Shown in pieces: positions 6,474 through 14,100 of a DNA stretch of 14,100 bases; within the stretch, counting starts at the first letter, position 1, and every line of letters begins with the position of its first letter. The DNA comes from Polyangiales bacterium. Lineage in GTDB: Bacteria; Myxococcota_A; Polyangia; Polyangiales; Ga0077539. Under the pieces are notes generated by a model. That model worked only from the letters and a program-made list of their open reading frames with translations. It had not been told where the DNA came from and did no database searches. The position numbers were made by a program, and so were the translations under genes. The stretch is from contig JBGARZ010000036.1 of assembly GCA_044229975.1 (NCBI GenBank), forward strand, positions 1 to 14,100. Direction: 5' to 3'.

Positions 6474-6695
6474 TTCCACCTCCCACCAACTCAGTGTGAA
6501 CCATTGGCGTTGGCAGGCTGTCAAGAGACAGTGTGTCCTCTCCAGAGTTACCTGCCACCGATGTCTCGACTCCATTTCCTTCGGTGCAGAGTGGCGCCAA
6601 GACGGGACTCGGTTCGCTCTGAACGGCGCGGTTAGGCCGTGGGCCTCTCGGTCGGACCGCGCGCCGACCCAGCACCGACCGACACGCGCCCGAAG

Positions 6696-7898
6696 TCACC
6701 CCTCCGCCGCCCCCGCCATCCCCTCGACCGTCGCCGCGACCCGCTCCTTCACCGCCGCCGCCGCGCGCAGCATCGACGTCTTCCCCACCATCACATCGAC
6801 CAGCCGCTTCACTCGCCGGACGATGCCCTCCTGCACGTACGGCACGCCGTGCTTCTCGCACACCGCCTGAACCTTCGGCTGAAGCTTCTGGTACGCCCGC
6901 GCCGGCAGGTCGGGCCACAGGTGGTGCTCGATCTGGTAGTTGAGAAACCCCTGGAGGAAGTCCCCCACGTCGGTGCCCGTCGCGTAGTTCACCGAGCCCA
7001 GCACCTGCCGCAGATAGAACTCCCCGCGCCCCATCCCCGGCCCGTCGAAGCGCCACATGTCATCGCCTGCATGGTTGGGCGCGATGATCAGAAACGAGTG
7101 CAGGTTGTTGAGCGCCTCGGCCCCCACGGAGTTCATCCACACGCTCGCCACCGCCCAGGGCCCGAGCGGCGTGAACAGCGCCGGGATCACCACGAAGCGC
7201 CCCAGCCCGTACGGCAGCGCGCACTCCCTCAGGTACCGCCGCCCGTCCGCCGTGAACGGGTTGTACACCGAGAGGTACGACTCGGGCCCCGTCGCGATCT
7301 TCTTCGGTGCGGGCGACTCACCCGCCTCGCGACACTTCTCCGCGCGGCGCATCACCTGCCAGGTGTTGGGCCCGTAGTACGTGAACTTCCACGTCAACGA
7401 ATAGAACCCCACCACCGCGTACTTCAGCGCGGTGGGAATGTTCGCATCCCGTACGACCTTGAGGTTCTCCTCGACGAGGTCGGGGTCGAGCGTCTCTCCC
7501 GTGTGGTAGTGGTGAAGCTGGTTGTGCTCCAGCCGCCACGCCTCGGGGTGGATCCAATCGAACCAGTCGACGAGCCGTCGCTTGCCCGTCGCGAAGCCTG
7601 CGCTCGTGAGCCGCGCGGGCGTTCCTTCGACCTTGTCGTAGCCCTTGTGGATGACGTGGTGGGCGATGATGGCCCAGCGCGCGACGCTCCCCGTCGACAG
7701 CGCGAGCATCGACACGGGGTTGGGCCCGATCCACGCGGTCGCGTACCCGACGGCGGTGCACGCGCGACCCCAGCGCTCCATGCGAAGGAGGTGGTCGAGG
7801 TCGTCGGCGCCGAGGGAGGCGTCGATCTCCAGGCGGAGGGCGTCGAGGTCACGGGCGAAGGCGGCGCGGTCAACGTGGGCGAAGGGCATTTCCGACAT
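6696..7898 (-). CDS. Membrane-bound fatty acid (acyl-CoA) desaturase
   Basis: Three histidine boxes: HHVIH, HNQLHHYH and QIEHHLWP. Hydrophobic segments. C-terminal VQAVCEKHGVPY. Confidence 0.92.
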   Translation of the reverse strand: MSEMPFAHVDRAAFARDLDALRLEIDASLGADDLDHLLRMERWGRACTAVGYATAWIGPNPVSMLALSTGSVARWAIIAHHVIHKGYDKVEGTPARLTSAGFATGKRRLVDWFDWIHPEAWRLEHNQLHHYHTGETLDPDLVEENLKVVRDANIPTALKYAVVGFYSLTWKFTYYGPNTWQVMRRAEKCREAGESPAPKKIATGPESYLSVYNPFTADGRRYLRECALPYGLGRFVVIPALFTPLGPWAVASVWMNSVGAEALNNLHSFLIIAPNHAGDDMWRFDGPGMGRGEFYLRQVLGSVNYATGTDVGDFLQGFLNYQIEHHLWPDLPARAYQKLQPKVQAVCEKHGVPYVQEGIVRRVKRLVDVMVGKTSMLRAAAAVKERVAATVEGMAGAAEG

Positions 7899-8024
7899 GG
7901 CCCGGCACCTTAGACACGGCCCTCGCGCCTCGGCAACGGCATCCCACTCCTGCCCTCAGTCCCCCGCCCAGGTCCCAGTCCCCGCCCTTACCCGAAGGGA
8001 CGATCCCGCCCACGCCCCTGCGCC

Positions 8025-9449
8025 TCACCCCGGCCGCAGCGCCTTCACCCACGTCCGCAGATCATCCGCCGCGCGCCGCCCCTCCAGCAGCCCGAGCGCC
8101 ACCGCGTACACCACCAGCGCCAGCGCCGCCCGCGCCCACGGCCCCGGCGTGTGGACCAGCGCGAGGCTCCACGCGGCGAGCCCCGCCAGCAGCGGCCCCA
8201 TGTACGCGCCCCAGAGCGGTCGCCCCATGTGCCGCCCCGCCCAGCGTACGAGACCGATGACCACCACCGCCGTCACCACGCTGTACGCGCCCGCCACCGC
8301 GCCGAGGCCCCTCGTCCAGACGAGGAGCACCAGCGCCCAGGTCGCGATGGTCCACGCCGCGAAGATCTTGAGCGCGAGGCCGCCGCGGCCCTGCGCCTGG
8401 AGCAGCGAGAACAGCGGCGCGGCCAGCAGCCCGAAGGCCATGTTGACCAGGATGCCGTGCACGACCGGGACGGCGGGGCTCCACGCCGCGCCGTAGAGCA
8501 GCGGGACCAGCGCGGGGGCGACGATCGACAGCACCGCGAGCAGCGGCACGCCCAGCAGGAGCACCGTGCGCGTGGCGCCGACGAAGGCCGCGTAGAGCTG
8601 CGGGTCGCGCGCCTCGAAGCGCGCGTACACCGGAAACTGCACCTGCGACAGCGCGTTGACCGCGCGCACCGGGAGCGACGCGAACTTCACCCCGCGGTTG
8701 AAGAGGCCCACCGAGGCCAGACCCATCAGGGTGTTGAGCAGCGAGGTCGAGAGGTTGTCCTTGAAGTACGCGAACACCGCGAGCGCCTGCACCGGAACCC
8801 CTTCGCCGAGCGATGTGCGCAGCGCCGGCCGTGAGATGCCGAGGCCGGGCCATCCGCGTGCCGCGTACCACGCGAGCGCGAGCTGCGTGGCGGCGCCGGA
8901 GACCTGTCCGCCCACGAGCGCGAACATCCCGCCATAGGCATAGGCGAGCACCACGGTGACGAGCTGGCGGACGATGGTGGCGGTGAGGTCGATGCTGGCG
9001 ATGCGGCCGAAGCGCAGCTCGCGCTTGAGGCGGATGTACGGCACCGAACGGATGGGACCGACGAGGAAGAGCACGGACATCGCGCGCAGCACGGGGACGT
9101 CGTGCACGTCGAAGTGCATCTGCCGCGCGAGGTAGGGCGTCGCGAAGAAGAAGGTCACCGCCATCGCCGCGCCGATGGTGAGCAGAAACGTCAGCGCCGT
9201 GCGGTAGGTCTCGCGCGAGACGTCGTCCTTCTGGCGGATGAGCGCCGCGCCGAGGCCGCCGTCGCCGAAGAGGGCGCCGAGCCCGAGGTAGAAGGTTCCG
9301 ACCTCGAAGGCGCCGTAGGTGCCGGGGCCGAGGATGCGCGCGAGCACGATCTCGCTGAGCGCGAAGAGCACCGCGCCGAGCACCTGGATGCCCGCGAAGC
9401 GCGTGGTCTCGCGGAGGATGCGTCGGCCGATGGACTCCGGCTCGCTCAT
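8025..9449 (-). CDS. Wzx/PST-family oligosaccharide flippase
   Basis: Polytopic membrane protein with IVLARILGPGTYG, DGGLGAALIRQKD, LKRELRFGRIA and LMGLASVGLFN. ATG 9449 overlaps the upstream stop (ATGA). Confidence 0.9.
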   Translation of the reverse strand: MSEPESIGRRILRETTRFAGIQVLGAVLFALSEIVLARILGPGTYGAFEVGTFYLGLGALFGDGGLGAALIRQKDDVSRETYRTALTFLLTIGAAMAVTFFFATPYLARQMHFDVHDVPVLRAMSVLFLVGPIRSVPYIRLKRELRFGRIASIDLTATIVRQLVTVVLAYAYGGMFALVGGQVSGAATQLALAWYAARGWPGLGISRPALRTSLGEGVPVQALAVFAYFKDNLSTSLLNTLMGLASVGLFNRGVKFASLPVRAVNALSQVQFPVYARFEARDPQLYAAFVGATRTVLLLGVPLLAVLSIVAPALVPLLYGAAWSPAVPVVHGILVNMAFGLLAAPLFSLLQAQGRGGLALKIFAAWTIATWALVLLVWTRGLGAVAGAYSVVTAVVVIGLVRWAGRHMGRPLWGAYMGPLLAGLAAWSLALVHTPGPWARAALALVVYAVALGLLEGRRAADDLRTWVKALRPG

Positions 9450-10117
9450 CGCGGGACGGTCGCCACCGCGAGCCAGTTGAGCACCAGCTCTTCGCGCGCC
9501 GTCGGTTCGAGCGCCCTCGCGCCGAGGTTGACCCACGGGATGAGCCCGCGGGCCCACCAGCGCTTGTCGAGTTCGAGGTTGGCCATCTGCCCCAGCGACG
9601 ACCAGAACCCACCGAGCGGCGTGAGCGCGCACCCGGTGAGCCCGGCGTCGGCGATCACCGCCTCCAGCCCGTTGCGCGTGTAGCGCCAGTGGTCGTGCGG
9701 AACCTCATGCGCCGGCCACACGCCCGGCACCGTGAAGAGCACCGTCCCGCCGGGCTTCACCACGCGCGCGAGCTCCCTCAGGCAGGCGAGCGGATCGCGC
9801 ACATGCTCGAAGACCTGAAACGAGACACCCGCATCGAAGTGATCATCGGCGAAGGGCAGTCGCGACGCATCGCCCACCACGTCGGGGACGGCGTGCGGCC
9901 CCTCGCGATCGACGCCGACGTACTCGGTGACGGCAGCGCCCAGCATCGCGCGGTAGGGCTTGTGGCCGCAGCCGACGTCGACGACGCGGCCGTGGAGCTT
10001 CGCGAGCTCGGCGGAGAGCGCGTCCCACATCGGCGCGAGGTGCAGGTGCAGCGGCTGTCGCCAGCTCGCGCGGTGCGGTCGATACGGAACCGGGTTCGGT
10101 CGGTAGACGATGCCCAT
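9446..10117 (-). CDS. Class I SAM-dependent methyltransferase
   Basis: VVDVGCG motif I, GDASRLPFADDHFD, VFEHV, LARVVKPGG, PHDHWRYT. Confidence 0.9.
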   Translation of the reverse strand: MGIVYRPNPVPYRPHRASWRQPLHLHLAPMWDALSAELAKLHGRVVDVGCGHKPYRAMLGAAVTEYVGVDREGPHAVPDVVGDASRLPFADDHFDAGVSFQVFEHVRDPLACLRELARVVKPGGTVLFTVPGVWPAHEVPHDHWRYTRNGLEAVIADAGLTGCALTPLGGFWSSLGQMANLELDKRWWARGLIPWVNLGARALEPTAREELVLNWLAVATVPR

Positions 10118-10126
10118 GGCGGTGGT

Positions 10127-11143
10127 TCAGCGCACGGCGTCGTAGCACATCGCCGTTTGGCCCCAGTACCTCTCGCGGGGATCACCCCCCAGCACCGCCC
10201 GCTGAGTCTCTCTTGCTGATTCGCGTATTCCTTCGTCGAAGAGCGTCTCCAGCGCTTCGCTCCACCGCGCATCGTCGTGGGGAAGTAGCGAGCCCGGCGC
10301 GGTCTCGAAGAGCTCGCGGTGCGCGCCGATGTCCGAGGCCAGCACCGGCACCGACGCCTCCATCGCCTCCAGCGGAACCAACGGCATGCCCTCGCTGCGA
10401 CTCGGCGCGAGCAGCCATCGCGCGCCGGTGAAGAGGTCCATCGGTGGGCGCAATCCCGCGAGGGTGACCTTGTCGCGGAGGCCGAGTTCATCGCGCAGCG
10501 CGAGCAGCGCGTCGCGGTCGGGACCCTCTCCCGCGATGGCCCAGTGCCACGGTCGATGGGCGATGGGGGCGAGCGCGCGGAGCATGCGGTCGAAGCCCTT
10601 CTGGTGGTCGAGGCGACCGACGGACGCGAGGCCCACGACCCCATCGGGCCACGCGAAGGGCGCGACCGCGGGGCGTGGTGGCGGCGGTGCGTTGCGGATG
10701 ACCTGCGGTGTGAGACCGATGTGTTGCAAGCGCGCGGCGTCGGCCTGGGAGAGGGCGATCCAGCGGGTGTGTGGGCGCTTCGCGGCGAGGCGGATCATGG
10801 TGCGCGCGTCGAGGCGGGTGAGGCGGTCGACGGGCCACGAGGCGTCGGGTCGCGGGAGCAGGTGGAAGGTGACGACGAGCGGTCGACCGCGAGCAGCGAG
10901 GAGCGCGGGGCCGAGGCGGTCGGGCCACGGGAGGTGCGCGTGGAAGACGTCGGCGTCGCGCGAGCGCAGCGCCCAGCGGGCCCAGCGGTGCAGCGGAAGC
11001 ACGCGCGGGGCAGGGAGCGCACGGTCGAAGGGTAGGTCGATGCTGGAGCGGTGGCCGTGGCGGGTGGCGAGCTCGTCGAGCATGGTGGCGACGGCTTCGG
11101 TTCCGCCGACGTGGAGCGAGGGGACGAGGTGGACGAGCTTCAT
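10127..11143 (-). CDS. GT4-family (GT-B) glycosyltransferase
   Basis: MKLVHLVPSLHVGGTE, VGRLDHQKGFD, PSRSEGMPLVPLEAM (E-x7-E), PVLASDIG. ATG 11143 overlaps the upstream stop (ATGA). Confidence 0.9.
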   Translation of the reverse strand: MKLVHLVPSLHVGGTEAVATMLDELATRHGHRSSIDLPFDRALPAPRVLPLHRWARWALRSRDADVFHAHLPWPDRLGPALLAARGRPLVVTFHLLPRPDASWPVDRLTRLDARTMIRLAAKRPHTRWIALSQADAARLQHIGLTPQVIRNAPPPPRPAVAPFAWPDGVVGLASVGRLDHQKGFDRMLRALAPIAHRPWHWAIAGEGPDRDALLALRDELGLRDKVTLAGLRPPMDLFTGARWLLAPSRSEGMPLVPLEAMEASVPVLASDIGAHRELFETAPGSLLPHDDARWSEALETLFDEGIRESARETQRAVLGGDPRERYWGQTAMCYDAVR

Positions 11144-11988
11144 CGGGCGTAGAAGGCGACGGAGTCGGTGACGACGTGTGGACCGACGACGGCAGCGAGC
11201 GCGCGGTGGGCGAGGGCGTCGAGGGTGCGCGCGACGCGGACGGCGGGCGAGCGGGAGACACCATCGGGGTCGACGAAGCGCGACGGACGACTCCACGCGA
11301 CGTCCTCGCGAACCACGGTGAGGCCATGGTCGGCGAGCATCGAGCGCATGGCGCGCGGGCTCCAGAACCACAGGTGCTCCGGTGGTTTGTACTGGTCCCA
11401 GCGGGAGGGCGCGAGGCGCGTGGTGGTGCTGCCGATGACCGGAACGACGACCGCGAGCACACCGCCGTCGACGAGTCGGGCGCGCAGCGAGCGGAGGGTG
11501 GCGTCGGGGTCGGGGAGGTGTTCGAGGACGTCCCAGGCGGTGATGACGTCGAAGCGGGCATCCGGGTCGAGCGCGTCGAGCGACGGGACGACGGCGGCGC
11601 GGAGCGACGGGTCCATGGCGGCGAGCGCGTCGGGCGAGGGTTCGGCGCCCGCGACGGTGAAGCCCGCATCGCGCGCGTGGCCGAGGAAGAAGCCCGAGGC
11701 GCACCCGAGGTCGAAGAGCCGGCCGCGGGTGACGCCGAGGTCGCGGAGGGCTGCGAGGCGGGTGGCGCTCTTGCGCGCGACCTGTTCGCGCTCGCGGGTG
11801 AAGTAGTCGTCGTACCCGGCGCCGCCGCCCTCGAAGTACCCAGAGGCGTAGACCGCGGCGATGGCATCGGGCGATGGCGTGGGCCAGACGAACTCCAGGT
11901 CACACCGCGCGCATCGATGGACGTCGTGACCGCGCACGGTGAAGCGTCGCGGCGCGTGACGACGACAGCGCGGGCAGGTGGGGGTCAT
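11140..11988 (-). CDS. Class I SAM-dependent methyltransferase with N-terminal zinc-binding motif
   Basis: CPRC...CARC N-terminus, LFDLGCASGFFL motif I, FDVITAWDVLEHLPDP, PPEHLWFWS. Start placed at ATG 11988. Confidence 0.88.
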   Translation of the reverse strand: MTPTCPRCRRHAPRRFTVRGHDVHRCARCDLEFVWPTPSPDAIAAVYASGYFEGGGAGYDDYFTREREQVARKSATRLAALRDLGVTRGRLFDLGCASGFFLGHARDAGFTVAGAEPSPDALAAMDPSLRAAVVPSLDALDPDARFDVITAWDVLEHLPDPDATLRSLRARLVDGGVLAVVVPVIGSTTTRLAPSRWDQYKPPEHLWFWSPRAMRSMLADHGLTVVREDVAWSRPSRFVDPDGVSRSPAVRVARTLDALAHRALAAVVGPHVVTDSVAFYAR

Positions 11989-12028
11989 GCGGGTGATGCC
12001 ATTCGGCGGGCCCACCCGACGCGCCTGC

Positions 12029-13162
12029 TCACCGCACCACCCCCAGCACCGCCCGCGCAAACCGCTCGCCCACGCGCTCCCAGTCGAGCGACTCCGCCAG
12101 CACCCGCGCCCGCTGCGCCCGCTCGTCCGCCGCTCCCTCGTCCGCCCAGCACGCCATCACGCCCTCGGCCAGCGCCCCGGCTTCCGTCACCAGCAGCTCG
12201 CGCCCGTCGGCCACGTCGAAGCCCCTCGCGCCCACCGCCGTGCTCACCAGCGCAACGCCCGCGGCCATCGCCTCGGGCAGCTTCAGGCTCGACCCCTCTC
12301 CCTCTGTCAGCGCGTTCACGTAGCAACCCGCCGCGTCGAGGAAGGGTCGCGTGTCATCGACCGTCCCCGTCACTGTCACCCGCTCCGATGCCAGCGATCG
12401 CACCGTCGCGTCGGGCGCTCGTCCGCACAGCACCAGCGTCGCCTCCGGGTGCCGATCTCGCACCCGCGGGAGCACCTCGCGCGCGAGCCGCACCGCCGCC
12501 GCCACGTTGGGCGGATGGCTCATCGCGCCGATGAAGAGCAGCGAGCGCGACGTGCGCTGCGACGGAGCCCGGAAGGCGATCGCGCCCGCGTCGGTGCCGT
12601 TGGGGATCACCTCCGTCGGCCCGCCCCGATGCGCGCGGATCACCTCCGCGTCGCCCTCGGTGACGGCCGTGACCAGCGCCGCGTCCCGCCACTGCGCGCG
12701 CTCCCAGCGCTCCAGGCGCGCGTGCTCGCGGCCGTCGTCGGGGCTCATGCGCCGCGCGTAGCGGCTCTCGATGTTGTGCTCGTCGACCACCCGCACGACG
12801 CCTGCGTCGATGGCCCTCGCCGTCGCGCCCGCGTAGCAGTGGCAGGCGATGACGGCGTCGTAGGGACGCCGCGCGTGGGCCCGTCGCAGGTCGAGGGCGA
12901 GGCCGAGCGGCGCCGCCTCGCGCACGCGCCGGCTCTCGCGGATGAGTCGCAGCGAGCCGGGGTCGGCGTCGCGCAGGTACACGTCGCGGTAGGGCGCGAG
13001 CGCCGGTCCCACGTCGAAGGTGAACTCGACAGGGAACACCCGCGCGAACAGGTCGACGGTGGCGACCCGTGCGAGGGCGGCGGCGAGGCGGTGCATACGG
13101 ATGCGCCCGCCGGTGTTGGCGGGCGCGGGGAGGTAGGGGGTGATGAGGGCGAGATGCGCCAT
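12029..13162 (-). CDS. GT4-family (GT-B) glycosyltransferase
   Basis: LITPYLPAPANTGGRIR, VDEHNIES, VIPNG, LLFIGAMSHPPN, GSSLKLPEAMAAG, STAVGARG. Start at ATG 13162. Confidence 0.88.
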   Translation of the reverse strand: MAHLALITPYLPAPANTGGRIRMHRLAAALARVATVDLFARVFPVEFTFDVGPALAPYRDVYLRDADPGSLRLIRESRRVREAAPLGLALDLRRAHARRPYDAVIACHCYAGATARAIDAGVVRVVDEHNIESRYARRMSPDDGREHARLERWERAQWRDAALVTAVTEGDAEVIRAHRGGPTEVIPNGTDAGAIAFRAPSQRTSRSLLFIGAMSHPPNVAAAVRLAREVLPRVRDRHPEATLVLCGRAPDATVRSLASERVTVTGTVDDTRPFLDAAGCYVNALTEGEGSSLKLPEAMAAGVALVSTAVGARGFDVADGRELLVTEAGALAEGVMACWADEGAADERAQRARVLAESLDWERVGERFARAVLGVVR

Positions 13163-13188
13163 CGAAGGGCACCGCCCTCGGCGGGCGA

Positions 13189-13878
13189 CTACTTCTTCTT
13201 CGCGGCGGGCGCCTTGGCGTCCTTGGCGGCCGGGGCGGCCTTGGCGTCCTTGCCCGCGGGCTTGGCGGCGGCGGCGGCGTCGGGGGCAGCGGCGGCCTTG
13301 GCGGCCTCGGTGTCCTTCTCCGGCGCGACGATGGAGACCACGGTCTGGCTCGCGTCGAGCTTCACGGCGACGCCCGCCGGGAGGTTGAGCTCGCGGACGT
13401 GGAGGCTCTCCCCGAGGCCGAGGTTGGTGATGTCGGCTTCGATCTTCGCGGGGATCTTGTCGGGCGTGGTGACGACCGGGAGCGAGCGGTAGATCTGGCG
13501 GAGCACGCCGCCCTCGCCGGTGACGCCCTTGGACTTGCCGGTGAGGACGAAGGGAACCTGCACGATGATCTTGCGGTCGAGCGCGACGCTGTAGAAGTCG
13601 GCGTGGACGACGCCGCGGGTCATCGGGTCGTGGTCGAAGCTCTTGAGCAGCGCGAGCTGCGAGTGGCCGTCGACGGTGAGGGTGACGACCGTGTTGCTGC
13701 CGAGCGGGGCGTGCAGGATGGCCTTGATGTCCTTCGCCTCGACGCTGATGGCGCGGCCCTTCTCGCCGGGGCCGTAGACGATGGCGGGCACCTTGCCGCT
13801 CGCGCGAACGCGGCCGGCGGGACCCTTGCCATTGGCGGCGCGGGCGGAGGCTTGGATGGAGATGGTCGTGGTGGTCAT
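13189..13878 (-). CDS. rplY: 50S ribosomal protein bL25 / general stress protein Ctc (long form)
   Basis: GKGPAGRVRASGKVPAIVYG, HDPMTRGVVHADFY, IPAKIEADITNLGLGESLHVRELNLP. AGGA ribosome-binding site upstream of ATG 13878. Ala/Lys-rich tail. Confidence 0.96.
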   Translation of the reverse strand: MTTTTISIQASARAANGKGPAGRVRASGKVPAIVYGPGEKGRAISVEAKDIKAILHAPLGSNTVVTLTVDGHSQLALLKSFDHDPMTRGVVHADFYSVALDRKIIVQVPFVLTGKSKGVTGEGGVLRQIYRSLPVVTTPDKIPAKIEADITNLGLGESLHVRELNLPAGVAVKLDASQTVVSIVAPEKDTEAAKAAAAPDAAAAAKPAGKDAKAAPAAKDAKAPAAKKK

Positions 13879-14024
13879 GTGAAGTGGTCCTGCGGTTCCC
13901 CCATCCGTTCGCTCCGTCGCCGACGGTCGACCCGGAGTGGTCGACGCGGGGCGGGGATTCGCGGCCGTGGGATGTGATCCCTCGCGAGATCCCACCGATG
14001 AGTGGTGGGCGACGAGGGAGCGCG

Positions 14025-14053
14025 GGGATAACCGAAGGGGCCACCCGAGTAAA
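14025..14053 (-). promoter_or_regulatory. Putative rplY promoter (TTTACT-17 nt-TATCCC) followed by a GC-rich discriminator
   Basis: The only AT-rich hexamers upstream of rplY, with 17-nt spacing and CGCGCTCC directly downstream. The -10 lacks the conserved final T. Confidence 0.35.
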
Positions 14054-14058
14054 GAGGG

Positions 14059-14100
14059 CCGCCACCCCCCGCCGCCACCCCGCCGCCACCCGCCGCCACC
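14059..14100. repeat. Low-complexity (C)nGCCGCCACC repeat, 4 copies, running off the window edge
   Basis: GCCGCCACC units separated by C runs of variable length. Confidence 0.7.

Noticed and set aside
6639..14089. Many long overlapping alternative ORFs (e.g. 6639..7913 +, 8062..9612 -, 11176..12534 +, 11978..13492 +, upstream part of 12029..14089 -)
   Set aside because: Arg/Pro/Ala-rich off-frame or antisense shadows of well-supported genes, as expected in high-GC DNA.
13879..14100. tRNA or 3' end of prs upstream of rplY
   Set aside because: No cloverleaf or T-loop (GTTCRA) pattern and no recognisable Prs C-terminus is visible.

Overview
High-GC bacterial DNA whose protein repertoire suggests Myxococcota/Polyangiales (inference). 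The right half (6696-14100) is ordinary minus-strand chromosome: rplY (bL25/Ctc), a surface-glycan cluster (GT4, SAM methyltransferase, GT4, SAM methyltransferase, Wzx-type flippase) and a membrane fatty acid desaturase. The left half (1 to about 6600) is a layered accessory region. It holds an IS1595-family transposase with a convergent stand-alone GIY-YIG nuclease gene and a chimeric FGE-sulfatase-domain lipoprotein. It also holds a lower-GC, translationally coupled gene pair: a small membrane-anchored protein plus a GGDEF-fold protein with a non-canonical active site (HGDEF, altered base-specificity residue) and a C-terminal zinc ribbon. A candidate IS1595-type terminal repeat at about 5366-5382 cuts a hypothetical gene, which suggests all of this is cargo of one large IS1595 element whose other end lies left of the window. 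Further right are a 43-bp tandem repeat and a broken SLATT-like membrane gene. The membrane protein + HGDEF-Zn pair is the best candidate for an undescribed nucleotide-signalling or defence module.
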